Below are positions 19,511 through 27,990 of a DNA stretch of 49,425 nt, piece after piece. The stretch comes from Acidimicrobiia bacterium (GTDB lineage: Bacteria; Actinomycetota; Acidimicrobiia; Spongiisociales; ZC4RG35). The stretch covers positions 1 to 49,425 of the forward strand of contig JBHHWH010000004.1 of the NCBI GenBank assembly GCA_046756405.1, in the 5' to 3' direction. The notes under the pieces are model-generated. The model made no database searches, was not told the origin of the DNA, and was given only the letters and a program-made list of their open reading frames with translations. A program made the position numbers and the translations under genes. Positions within the stretch are counted from its first letter, which is position 1; each line of letters starts with the position of its first letter.

Positions 19511-20356
19511 GTGACTCGATCAGTTTCTGCTTCGGCACCAGCGAGCACCGCCAACCTAGGACCGGCCTTCGACTGCATGGCCCTGGCCTTGAGTCCTCGC
19601 TGCACCGTCTACGCCAGCCCGGCGGACGAGTGGAGCGTGGAACACCTTGGTGCCCAGCGACCGTCGGCAGGTGAAGGAGACGGAGTCCTGGTCGCTGCCC
19701 GCCGGGCTGTGGGGGACCGGCCGCTGGCCCTGAGGGTGGAGTCGGAGATACCCATTGGCAAGGGACTGGGTTCCTCCGGCGCCGCGTTTGTGGCCGGTAC
19801 GGCAGCGGCGCTGCGCGCCGTGGGAGAAGAGCCTTCCCACGACCGGGTGTTCAGGCTGGCCGCGGACTTGGAGGGCCATGACGACCAGGTGGCCGCCTCG
19901 GTATACGGCGGGTTGATCCTCGTACCCGCCGAAGGTCTGCCCATGAGGCTTCCGCTCCACCCCAACCTGCGTCCAGTGGTGGCGGTACCTGAAGCCCGCT
20001 TGCCGACGGTCGAGGGTCGGGCAGTCCTATCCCAGAATCTGGCGCGGGATGTGGTGATACGAAGCCTGGCCCGGGTGGCGGCGCTGACGGCCGGGCTGAT
20101 CACCGGAGACCCCGGGATGCTGGCGGCCGCCCACGGCGACGAGATCCACGAGGCGCCCCGTGCCCACCTCAGTCCAGAAGTAGGCAGGCTGATCGAGGTG
20201 GCCAGGCGGGCCGGAGCCTTCCATGCGGCTCGTTCGGGCGCAGGCCCTTCCGTGGTCGCCTTCGTGGCCCTGGAGGGCGTGGCAGCGGTGAGCCACGCGT
20301 TTCGTGAGGCCGGGGCAGACGTCATCGATGCCATCGACACCTCCGGGTTGGTCTGA
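19511..20356 (+). CDS. thrB: Homoserine kinase (GHMP family)
   Basis: PASTANLGPAFD, IPIGKGLGSSGAA, EGHDDQV, SGAGPS. Confidence 0.88.
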   Translation: MTRSVSASAPASTANLGPAFDCMALALSPRCTVYASPADEWSVEHLGAQRPSAGEGDGVLVAARRAVGDRPLALRVESEIPIGKGLGSSGAAFVAGTAAALRAVGEEPSHDRVFRLAADLEGHDDQVAASVYGGLILVPAEGLPMRLPLHPNLRPVVAVPEARLPTVEGRAVLSQNLARDVVIRSLARVAALTAGLITGDPGMLAAAHGDEIHEAPRAHLSPEVGRLIEVARRAGAFHAARSGAGPSVVAFVALEGVAAVSHAFREAGADVIDAIDTSGLV

Positions 20357-20487
20357 CTGTGGGACCGAAGGTCGGGCGTCTCGTATGGTGATAGCTGTGT
20401 TGTTCAGAAGGGCGGCCGATTCGGTTTGACCTAGCGTTGCCGAGCCGCGACCATGGTGGCCCTCCCCCTTCTACGTGAGGTTTCTGC

Positions 20488-20580
20488 ATGGGTTCGTTGA
20501 TCAAGAAGCGCCGCAAGAAGATGTCGAAGCACAAGTACCGCAAGCGGCGCAAGGCCAATCGACACAAGAAGAAGAAGTGA
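20488..20580 (+). CDS. 30S ribosomal protein bS22 (AURKAIP1/COX24 domain), 30 aa, absent from the ORF track
   Basis: MGSLIKKRRKKMSKHKYRKRRKANRHKKKK. GAGG SD, followed by a hairpin. Confidence 0.92.
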   Translation: MGSLIKKRRKKMSKHKYRKRRKANRHKKKK

Positions 20581-20584
20581 GTCC

Positions 20585-20609
20585 AGAGGCCGGGTGACTT
20601 ACCCGGCCT
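20585..20609. terminator. Hairpin between convergent bS22 and CopD-like genes
   Basis: AGAGGCCGGGT-gact-(T)ACCCGGCCTCT inverted repeat, followed by a pyrimidine run. Confidence 0.65.
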
Positions 20610-20618
20610 CTCCTCTTG

Positions 20619-20993
20619 TCAGAGGTAGGTGGCCAGCGCCACTATTGCCAGGGCAAGGACGAGGATGATCCCCTGGATGGCCCCGCGTACCGCCGGAGAC
20701 TGCTCCCTGGCGGCCACCGTGTGCCAGGCGGCGAGCATCGCCGAAATCAGGACCAGGCCGATCTTCGCCAGCAACACTCCAGTCAGGGGCCGGTCCAGGA
20801 CCTGGATGATACCGGTGGCCACCAGCACCCCCAGGGCGGTCCAAGAGAGAACGCTGAATCGCCGGGCTATGGCCTGCAACACTGCCCTGTCGTCGGTCAC
20901 CTGCCGCACCGCCCGCACCAGTCCCGCAAGAACGATCAGACCCCCCACCCACACCGTTGCGGCGAGGAGATGGAAGTAGAAGACCACCCTCAC
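20619..20993 (-). CDS. CopD/DUF4149-like 4-TM membrane protein
   Basis: HLLAATVWVGG, RRFS, LVATG, LLAKI. GTGA overlap with the PAC2 gene. Confidence 0.75.
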   Translation of the reverse strand: MRVVFYFHLLAATVWVGGLIVLAGLVRAVRQVTDDRAVLQAIARRFSVLSWTALGVLVATGIIQVLDRPLTGVLLAKIGLVLISAMLAAWHTVAAREQSPAVRGAIQGIILVLALAIVALATYL

Positions 20994-21820
20994 TGCTGGC
21001 CGCGGAGAAAGTCTTCGATCTCTTCCACCAGCCGGAAGCTCTCCTCCGCCTCGATGTCGGCTTCCTGTTCCAGTTGCTCCACATAGTGGAGAAGCTCCTC
21101 GTTGCCTTCAATGGCCTCGTTCACCGTGTCGAGGAACTGACGGGAGGCCAAGACAAGGTCGCCGATATCCACCGCCACGCCAAGCAGCTCCGACGCTTTG
21201 AGGACCAGGGCCTCGGCCGCCGGAGGGTACTCCTGGTTAGACAGGTAGTGGGGCACCGCTGCCCAAACGGAGATGACATCGATCCCCTCGTTGCCTAGGG
21301 CGTCATTGATCACCCCGACGATGCCCGTTGACCCTTCATACCCGGAGGGATGGAGACGGTGGGTCTGGAGGGCGTTAGGTCGAGTGGCGGAAGCCACAAG
21401 GGGCACCGGAAGGGTGTGGGCAACCTGACCAATGAAGGATCCCAATGTCACCGCTTGGGACACGCCCAGCGAATCGATGGCCTCTACCAGTTCTGTGGTG
21501 AAGGCCTTCCATCGGTAGTGGGGCTCTTCGCCCAGGACTACCACCAGGTCGCGCTCGGTGGCTCTCACCGCGTAGAACTCATTGCGGGGCCAGGTGATGG
21601 AACGTATGCCCGCCGCCCCCAAAGAGACGGTGGGCCGGCGCACCTGAAAGTCGAAGAACTCGTCGGGATCGATGATGCCGATCAGTTCGGCGTCGAGGCG
21701 GTCAAGGAAGGTTTGGACCGCCATCGTGGACGCCTCTCCGGCGTCACCCCACCCTTCGAAGGCGAGTAACGCCAGCGGTTCCCGTAACTGGGGTCTGTGG
21801 AGCCATTGGAGAGCTGGCAT
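20990..21820 (-). CDS. PAC2 family (proteasome assembly chaperone-like) protein
   Basis: AFEGWGDAGEAST, IDPDEFFDFQVRRP, GEEPHYRW, WAAVPHY, EIEDFLR. Confidence 0.92.
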   Translation of the reverse strand: MPALQWLHRPQLREPLALLAFEGWGDAGEASTMAVQTFLDRLDAELIGIIDPDEFFDFQVRRPTVSLGAAGIRSITWPRNEFYAVRATERDLVVVLGEEPHYRWKAFTTELVEAIDSLGVSQAVTLGSFIGQVAHTLPVPLVASATRPNALQTHRLHPSGYEGSTGIVGVINDALGNEGIDVISVWAAVPHYLSNQEYPPAAEALVLKASELLGVAVDIGDLVLASRQFLDTVNEAIEGNEELLHYVEQLEQEADIEAEESFRLVEEIEDFLRGQQ

Positions 21821-21939
21821 GGGCGAAAACCTACACCGGCGCTGGCGGTAGCGGAGCCGGTGCCCTTCGCCGTGTTCTGTCTCGGCTCTGTCTCGCCAGG
21901 CCTCGTATGAGGGCGAGGAAATGCAAGAAGGGGGCCACC

Positions 21940-22019
21940 AGGAAGAGCCCCGGGTGTTGGCCGGGGCTCTCCTTGGTCTGGTCGGAGGCGGGAGGGGGGA
22001 GAGAACCTACCCCGACCAG
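21940..22019 (-). ncRNA. Tandem hairpins with C-rich loops (6C-like) in the 3' region of the small Cys/His gene; second hairpin may terminate transcription
   Basis: CTGGTCGG...CCGACCAG stem whose loop contains CTCTCCCCCCTCCC, then AGAGCCCCGG-ccaacac-CCGGGGCTCT. Confidence 0.4.
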
Positions 22020-22023
22020 GGGC

Positions 22024-22221
22024 TTAGGCGCCCTGCTCGTCCAGGATCTTCCCCCGGACGCGGGGGAACCGGACGGGGGCGTGGGCATGGCAGTACTCGG
22101 ACTTGTTGTAACGAGAAAGCTTGGTGCCACAGCCGGGCTTGGAGCACACGCGTCCCTCAGCGAAACGCTTCGAGGGGCGTGTGACGCCCTTTATGGCTGA
22201 TCCTCTAACTACTTCTGTCAT
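22024..22221 (-). CDS. Small basic hypothetical protein with putative C-x4-C-x12-C-x2-H zinc site (65 aa)
   Basis: CSKPGC...YCHAH. SD CAGGAG upstream of the ATG at 22221. Confidence 0.75.
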   Translation of the reverse strand: MTEVVRGSAIKGVTRPSKRFAEGRVCSKPGCGTKLSRYNKSEYCHAHAPVRFPRVRGKILDEQGA

Positions 22222-22392
22222 GTTGGGCCACTCCTGGTGTAGGCCGGGTGTGTGTAAAATCTTGCGGTCAGGGGAATCCCTGGGCAACGAGTACCCGTAA
22301 TCCTTGACCGTCCAATCAAATTGTGCAAACCGAGGCGTTAACTGGGCCTAAAGACCCACTATCAACTATCGGCCTTTGAACGCCAAAACTTT

Positions 22393-24351
22393 TCAGTCAG
22401 TTTCAGCGATCCCCAACTTGCGGAGGAAGGCCTCGTTGCTGGGGGGACGACCAAGGAAGTTCAGCAGCATCTCGTTGGGATCCACCGAACCACCCTTCTC
22501 CAACACTTCGCGGCGGTAGGCCATTCCCACTTCCGGGTTGGTAACCCCCTCCTCCTCGAAGCGGGCGAACATGTCGTCGCCGAACACCTCAGACCACATG
22601 TACCCGTAATAGCTGGCGTCGTAGCCACCCATGAGATGCCCGAAGGAAGCCAGCGGGAAGGTGCCCTCATGGTGGGGAAGCAGGGAGATCTTGCTGCCGT
22701 CGCGGCTGATGCAGTCTATGTCAGGATCGGGTCTGCCGTGGAGCTCTTGATCCCACCAGCCGTACATCATCTGACGGAGCTGGAAGATCCCCTTGTTGAG
22801 CCGGCGGGCTGCCACCAACTGGTCCACCAGCTCGTCGGGGATGGGCTCGCCGGTCTTGTAATGACGGGCGAAACGCTTGAGGACATCGACCCGCCACACC
22901 CAATGCTGCATGATCTGGCTGGGAGCCTCAACGAAGTCACGCTCGACGTTGGTGCCTGAAAACCGGGCAAGTTCGGTCCTCCCCAAGTTCTGGTGTAGGA
23001 CGTGGCCGAATTCGTGGAACAGGGTCTCGACCTCGCCGTGTTGGAGGAGCGACGGGGCCTCCTTGGTCGGCTTGGTGAAGTTTGCCACCATCGCACAGAC
23101 CGGGTTCTGGTAGGAGCCGTCCTCCCGGCGGCGGCTGGGGATGAGGGGGAACTCCGCGGCATGGCCGTACTTGCCTTCCCGGGGGAAGAGGTCGAGATAG
23201 AAACGAGCCAGTTCTTCGCCGGTCTCGGCGTCGTCGATGGCATAGAAGCGAACATCTTCATGCCAGGCGTCGAATTCGTCGATCTCCCGGAAGCGGATGC
23301 CGAACATCTCCGAAGTCAGCTCGAACATTCCCTCCAACACTCGGGGAAGGGGGAAGTATTCGGCGACCTCGAAGGCGTCTACCCCGTAGTCGGTCCTCCG
23401 TTGCTGGGTGTCGTAGTAGGACCAGTCCCACACCTGGACGGCGGTGTCTCCGGTATCTGCCTCCAGCAACTTCGACATGGCGGCGATCTCGGCTTCGGCC
23501 TTCCTCTTGAGGGGAGAGAAAAGGTCGTCGTAGAAACCCTTGACCCGCTCGGGGCTCTTGGCCATGCGCTCCTCGAGGCGGTGATGCGCCCAAGTGGGTT
23601 GCCCGAAGGCCTCGGCGATCTCCTGGCGGAGGCGCACCGCCTCAGCGAGGAGCTTCTTGTTCTCCTCGACGGCGACAGTGTTGAACTTGAACCTCAGCTG
23701 CTCCCGGAGGTCCCGACGCTTGGCGTTCTCCAGAAAGGGGATGAGGTGCGGGTAGGCGATGGTGACCTTCAGCTTCCCCGTTTCCTCGTCGGCTTCCAAA
23801 GAGTCAATGAAGCTGTCGGGAAGACCTTCTAGATCCTCCCGGGTGACGAGGATCCAGTCTTCCCACTCGTCGATGTTGGACTGGAAGCGGACCCCCAGCT
23901 CTACCAACCGCTCGGTCTTGGCCTTTACTTGGGCGCGTGTCTCCGGGTCGAGGTCGTGTCCGGCCCGGCGCAGGTCGCGCAGGGTGAACTCCAGGAAGCG
24001 TGCCAGTTCTCCGTCAAGGGCGACGGCTTCCTGCGTGGCCGCGTACTCTTTGACTGCGGCGTTGAGGTCGTCGCGGAACCAGATCTCGGTCCCGTACTTG
24101 CTGAGTTTCTCCTCAGCCACCTTGGCAGCCTCGCGTATCTTCTTCTCCGGATGGACGTATCCCATGAAGGCGTAGTCGGTGAACGCCTTGGAGAGCACGT
24201 CGCTGATCCGGTCAAGGGGCCGGAGAGTGTCTTCGAAGCTACGGGCCCTTCGGGGAGCCACGAGATCGGACAGGACCTGTTCGGCTTCGGCGATCGCGGT
24301 GGCGGTGCCCTCCTCGATCTGGGATGGGGTGATGGTGCTGTAGTGGTGCAT
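22393..24351 (-). CDS. M3 family metallo-oligopeptidase (thimet oligopeptidase-like)
   Basis: DLFPREGKYGHAA, FHEFGH, DFVEAPSQIM, FGHLMGGYDASYYGYMWSEV. Confidence 0.95.
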   Translation of the reverse strand: MHHYSTITPSQIEEGTATAIAEAEQVLSDLVAPRRARSFEDTLRPLDRISDVLSKAFTDYAFMGYVHPEKKIREAAKVAEEKLSKYGTEIWFRDDLNAAVKEYAATQEAVALDGELARFLEFTLRDLRRAGHDLDPETRAQVKAKTERLVELGVRFQSNIDEWEDWILVTREDLEGLPDSFIDSLEADEETGKLKVTIAYPHLIPFLENAKRRDLREQLRFKFNTVAVEENKKLLAEAVRLRQEIAEAFGQPTWAHHRLEERMAKSPERVKGFYDDLFSPLKRKAEAEIAAMSKLLEADTGDTAVQVWDWSYYDTQQRRTDYGVDAFEVAEYFPLPRVLEGMFELTSEMFGIRFREIDEFDAWHEDVRFYAIDDAETGEELARFYLDLFPREGKYGHAAEFPLIPSRRREDGSYQNPVCAMVANFTKPTKEAPSLLQHGEVETLFHEFGHVLHQNLGRTELARFSGTNVERDFVEAPSQIMQHWVWRVDVLKRFARHYKTGEPIPDELVDQLVAARRLNKGIFQLRQMMYGWWDQELHGRPDPDIDCISRDGSKISLLPHHEGTFPLASFGHLMGGYDASYYGYMWSEVFGDDMFARFEEEGVTNPEVGMAYRREVLEKGGSVDPNEMLLNFLGRPPSNEAFLRKLGIAETD

Positions 24352-24381
24352 GAACGGACGAGGCTAATGGCGTACCGGAAC

Positions 24382-25620
24382 TCAGGCGGAGGGCGGGCGG
24401 AAGAGAGCCTCGGCCTCGGCGCGGGTGATGGCCTCGGCAGGGTTGATGCCGTGGCGGCCAACTGCCGCGGTGATGCCAGTCTCCGGGTCGGGTAGCTCCA
24501 CGGGAGCGTCACTGCCTCCAATCACCTCTACACCGGCGGCGAGGAGGGAACGAAACCGGTAGACCATGCCCATCCGGCCGGGGCCGAGGCGTCTCTCCAG
24601 CCAGGTGACCTCGGAGGGGATGAAGGCGGGTTGGACCGAAGCGACGACACCGAGACGGCCCATGCGCTCGATGGCCTCGTCGGTGAGCAGGCTGGCGTGC
24701 TCCATCCGGAGCCGGTGGGGCGGAGCACCCCGCTCGATCAACACGGTGAAGAGGTCCAGGACCTGATCCGCCGCCCGGTCTCCGATGGCGTGAACAGCCA
24801 CGTCCCCTCCCAGTTCGAGGGCCGTCTCCGCCATCTTGAGATCACGGGCCGGGTCGAGCCGAAGCATGCCTCGGGTCTCCGGCCTGTCGGCGTAGGGTTG
24901 GTGAAGGGCGGCGGTGTGCCCGCCGAAGCTGCCGTCGGCGAAACCCTTCCAGCCTTTGAAACGAAGCGGGCCTTCGGCCTGGTCTAGAGCCTCCTTTGCT
25001 GAGGCCAGTTTCGCCGGATCGCCGGTGATGACCAGGATGTCCATGGTGACAGGAAGCTCAGGACCGAGGCGGATAAGGGTGGGCAACTCATCGGTGACAC
25101 CGCACCACAGGGGCTCGCCCGCTGAGACGATCCCGGTGATGGAGCGAATCCCCATTGACCTTAGCCCGGAGAAGGCCTCCCGAATCGCCTGATCTCTTGG
25201 GGATGGGATCAGGGAAGCGAGGGTCGCGGAGACCGCAGCCACCGCTGTCTCTCGGAGAACGCCAGTGGGTGTGCCGTCGAGCGTGCGGTCGAAGGAGCCG
25301 CCCGGCGGATCGGGGGTCGCCGAGTGGATACCCGCCAGTCTGAGCGCCGCCGTGTTGGCCACGGCGATGTGGCCGCAGTAGCGGTGGAGGAGTGCCGGCC
25401 GCTCCCCGGTCACCTGGTCCAGTTCGGCGGCGGTGGGGAGCCGGCCTTCGTTGAGGTTCTCGTCGTTGAGACGGTGGGCCACGATCGGCCCTTCCACCGT
25501 GTCGACCTGCTCCGCCACCTGCTTCATCAGCTCATGAAGGCTGGTGACGTTCATCAGGTCGAGCCCCGCTCGGAGGGCGGCATAGCCCAGGGGGTGGAAG
25601 TGGTGGTCGTGGTAGGTCAT
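24382..25620 (-). CDS. Amidohydrolase 3 (YtcJ-like) family protein, short form
   Basis: DHHFH, CGH...NTAAL, TGVLRE, KGFADGSFGGHTAAL, VHAIGDRA, RMEHAS, GSDAPV. Confidence 0.88.
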   Translation of the reverse strand: MTYHDHHFHPLGYAALRAGLDLMNVTSLHELMKQVAEQVDTVEGPIVAHRLNDENLNEGRLPTAAELDQVTGERPALLHRYCGHIAVANTAALRLAGIHSATPDPPGGSFDRTLDGTPTGVLRETAVAAVSATLASLIPSPRDQAIREAFSGLRSMGIRSITGIVSAGEPLWCGVTDELPTLIRLGPELPVTMDILVITGDPAKLASAKEALDQAEGPLRFKGWKGFADGSFGGHTAALHQPYADRPETRGMLRLDPARDLKMAETALELGGDVAVHAIGDRAADQVLDLFTVLIERGAPPHRLRMEHASLLTDEAIERMGRLGVVASVQPAFIPSEVTWLERRLGPGRMGMVYRFRSLLAAGVEVIGGSDAPVELPDPETGITAAVGRHGINPAEAITRAEAEALFRPPSA

Positions 25621-26423
25621 TGGAGGTGGGCGGGGAGGGTTTCGGCGACGATCACGCGGAGTTCTTCGTGAATCTTCCCGTTGCTGGCCACATGGGCGAC
25701 CGCATCGAGCTTGTGGGGTTCACCGGTGTGGTCGGTGAACCGACCTCCGGCTTCGGTCACCAACAGCATTCCTGCGGCCACGTCCCAGGGCTGAATGCCG
25801 TATCTCCCACCATGCTCCCAGTAGCCGTCGAATCGGCCACAGGCCACCCAGGCGAGGTCGAGGGCCGCGGCGCCGAGACGGCGGATACCGCGCGCTTGTT
25901 GGATGGCCACCTCGACCACGGCGAGGTAATCGGCGGCGTGCTCCCTGCGGTCGTAGGGGAACCCGGTGACCAGTAGGGCGTCTTCCATCCGGGAGGTCTC
26001 AGATACTCGGATGGGTTGCTCGTTCATCGTCGCCCCCTCGCCTGCCACCGCCACGAACTCGTCGTTGCGGGCCACATCGATCACCACTCCCACCTGGGGG
26101 CGTCCCTCCTGCCACAGGGCGACGGAAACCGCTACTTGGGGTATCCGCCGGACGAAGTTAACTGTCCCGTCCAAAGGGTCGACGATCCACACCCGTTTCG
26201 AATCCCAAGGGTGACCTCCGCCCTCCTCCCCTAGGAAGTCATCGTCGGGAAAGTGGGTAGCGATCACCGCGCGGATCGCTTCCTCTGCCTGCCGGTCGAT
26301 CTGAGTCACCGGATCAACAGCTCCTTTCAACTCGGTGTCCAAAGGCTCGAAGAAACCCGCCTGAACCACGTCGGCACCGGCGCGGGCGGCCCTGACTGCG
26401 ACCCAGACATCTCCTTCCCACAT
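25617..26423 (-). CDS. suhB: Inositol monophosphatase family protein
   Basis: LGEE, WIVDPLDGTVNF, TGFPY, RRLGAAALDL, PWDVAAG. Start ATG 26423 follows a TAGAGT -10. Confidence 0.9.
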   Translation of the reverse strand: MWEGDVWVAVRAARAGADVVQAGFFEPLDTELKGAVDPVTQIDRQAEEAIRAVIATHFPDDDFLGEEGGGHPWDSKRVWIVDPLDGTVNFVRRIPQVAVSVALWQEGRPQVGVVIDVARNDEFVAVAGEGATMNEQPIRVSETSRMEDALLVTGFPYDRREHAADYLAVVEVAIQQARGIRRLGAAALDLAWVACGRFDGYWEHGGRYGIQPWDVAAGMLLVTEAGGRFTDHTGEPHKLDAVAHVASNGKIHEELRVIVAETLPAHLQ

Positions 26424-26508
26424 AGATTCCAACTCTACGGAGCCGCGAGCCAGGCGGTGACCACCGTGGACATCCCCTATTGGTTCTGGAGCTTCTACCC
26501 TGCCCGGG

Positions 26509-27987
26509 GTGAAAGCGGTGGGATACGCCGCGGCTGGGGCCGCGATCTCCGTGTTGGCCTTTCCCCCCTTCGGACCCGGATGGCTGATCATCCCCGGGGT
26601 GATCCTGTTCCTGTGGGGTCTGCGCAGCGCGTCTTCTCCCGGTTGGGGGCTGGCCGTTGGGGCGGTGTATGGCTTCGGCTTCTACGCCGGGCTCATGTGG
26701 TGGCTATCCGAACTGGGCCTCATCGCGGCGATTCCCCTGGTCCTGGTTCAAGGCGCATTCCCGGCTTTGTACGGCTGGTGGTTGAGCAGGCATCGGAGCG
26801 CGAAGCCGGGTATCTGGCTCCTCCTCGCTGGTGGTGGATGGGGGGTCATGGAGCTGATCCGATACCGGTTCCCCGTGGGCGGGCTGGAGTGGGGTGCAGC
26901 AGGGTACGCCCTGTCCGATCTGTCGTGGGCTCGGGAAATGGCCTGGTGGATCGGCACATCGGGACTGACCATCCTTGTTGCGACGACGGCGGCCGCCGTC
27001 GTCATACTCCGACTCCGCCGGGGAGTGGCCCTGAGAGTCCTTGCCGTTGTGGTGGTAGTGGTCCTCTCCGGAGTTGTCTTCTTTCCTCAGCCCGGATTCG
27101 CCGGCCGTCCTCTTCGGGTGGCGGTGGTTCAAGGGTCTACTCCTTGCCCATTTGAGCACTGCCCCAATGAGCGATTCGGAACCTATCTCCAGCACCTCGA
27201 ACTCACCCGACAGATCCCGACGGGGAGCGTGGACCTCGTGGTGTGGTCCGAAGGTTCCACCGGATCCACCAACGCCGATCCGGTGCTCAACCCCGAGGTG
27301 GGCGAGGCCATAGGGGAACAGGCGCGTCGCCTCGGGGCCTGGTTCCTGGTGGGAGGCGACCGTCCCGTCAGCGAGAGCGAGTGGGTCAACGCCAACGTGG
27401 TCTTCGATCCGGAGGGGCAGATCGTGGGTGAGTACCGAAAACAGCACCCCGTTCCCTTCGGTGAGTACATTCCTGCCCGTCCCCTCTTCGCTTGGATTCC
27501 TGCCCTCGCCGCGGTGCCAAGAGACATGATTCCGGGCGGCGGCCCGGAAACTTTCGAGGTTGCTGGGCACGGTCTCGGGTCGGTGATCTCCTTCGAGGGC
27601 GCTTTTTCCCGCTACGCCCGAGGTCATGTGATCCGAGGTGCCGAAGTCATCGTCGTGGCCACCAACGAGGGCTCCTATGGCACCACTCCCGCCTCGGATC
27701 AGCTAATCGGGATAACCAGGATGCGCGCCGCCGAACTCGGTGTCCCCATTATCCACTCGGCGGTGACCGGCAAGTCGACGATCATCGACCGCCTCGGCCA
27801 GGTGGGAGAGGTAACCGGCCTGGGCACCCAGGAGATCCTCACCGGCCAGGTCTTCTCCGGCGGCCCTAGTCCCTACGCCCTGGCAGGTGATTGGCTGATG
27901 GCTCTGGCTGCTGTAGCAGCGATTCTCACGTGGTGGTCGCGCCGTTCCCTGGTAGGTTCCCGTGACCGAGATTCTGAGGAGGAGTAG
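26509..27987 (+). CDS. lnt: Apolipoprotein N-acyltransferase, with Ser at the catalytic Cys position
   Basis: Multi-TM N-terminal region. VVQG, VVWSEG, YRKQHPVPFGEY, VISFE, TNEGSY, RMRAAE. Confidence 0.88.
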   Translation: MKAVGYAAAGAAISVLAFPPFGPGWLIIPGVILFLWGLRSASSPGWGLAVGAVYGFGFYAGLMWWLSELGLIAAIPLVLVQGAFPALYGWWLSRHRSAKPGIWLLLAGGGWGVMELIRYRFPVGGLEWGAAGYALSDLSWAREMAWWIGTSGLTILVATTAAAVVILRLRRGVALRVLAVVVVVVLSGVVFFPQPGFAGRPLRVAVVQGSTPCPFEHCPNERFGTYLQHLELTRQIPTGSVDLVVWSEGSTGSTNADPVLNPEVGEAIGEQARRLGAWFLVGGDRPVSESEWVNANVVFDPEGQIVGEYRKQHPVPFGEYIPARPLFAWIPALAAVPRDMIPGGGPETFEVAGHGLGSVISFEGAFSRYARGHVIRGAEVIVVATNEGSYGTTPASDQLIGITRMRAAELGVPIIHSAVTGKSTIIDRLGQVGEVTGLGTQEILTGQVFSGGPSPYALAGDWLMALAAVAAILTWWSRRSLVGSRDRDSEEE

Positions 27988-27990
27988 GAG

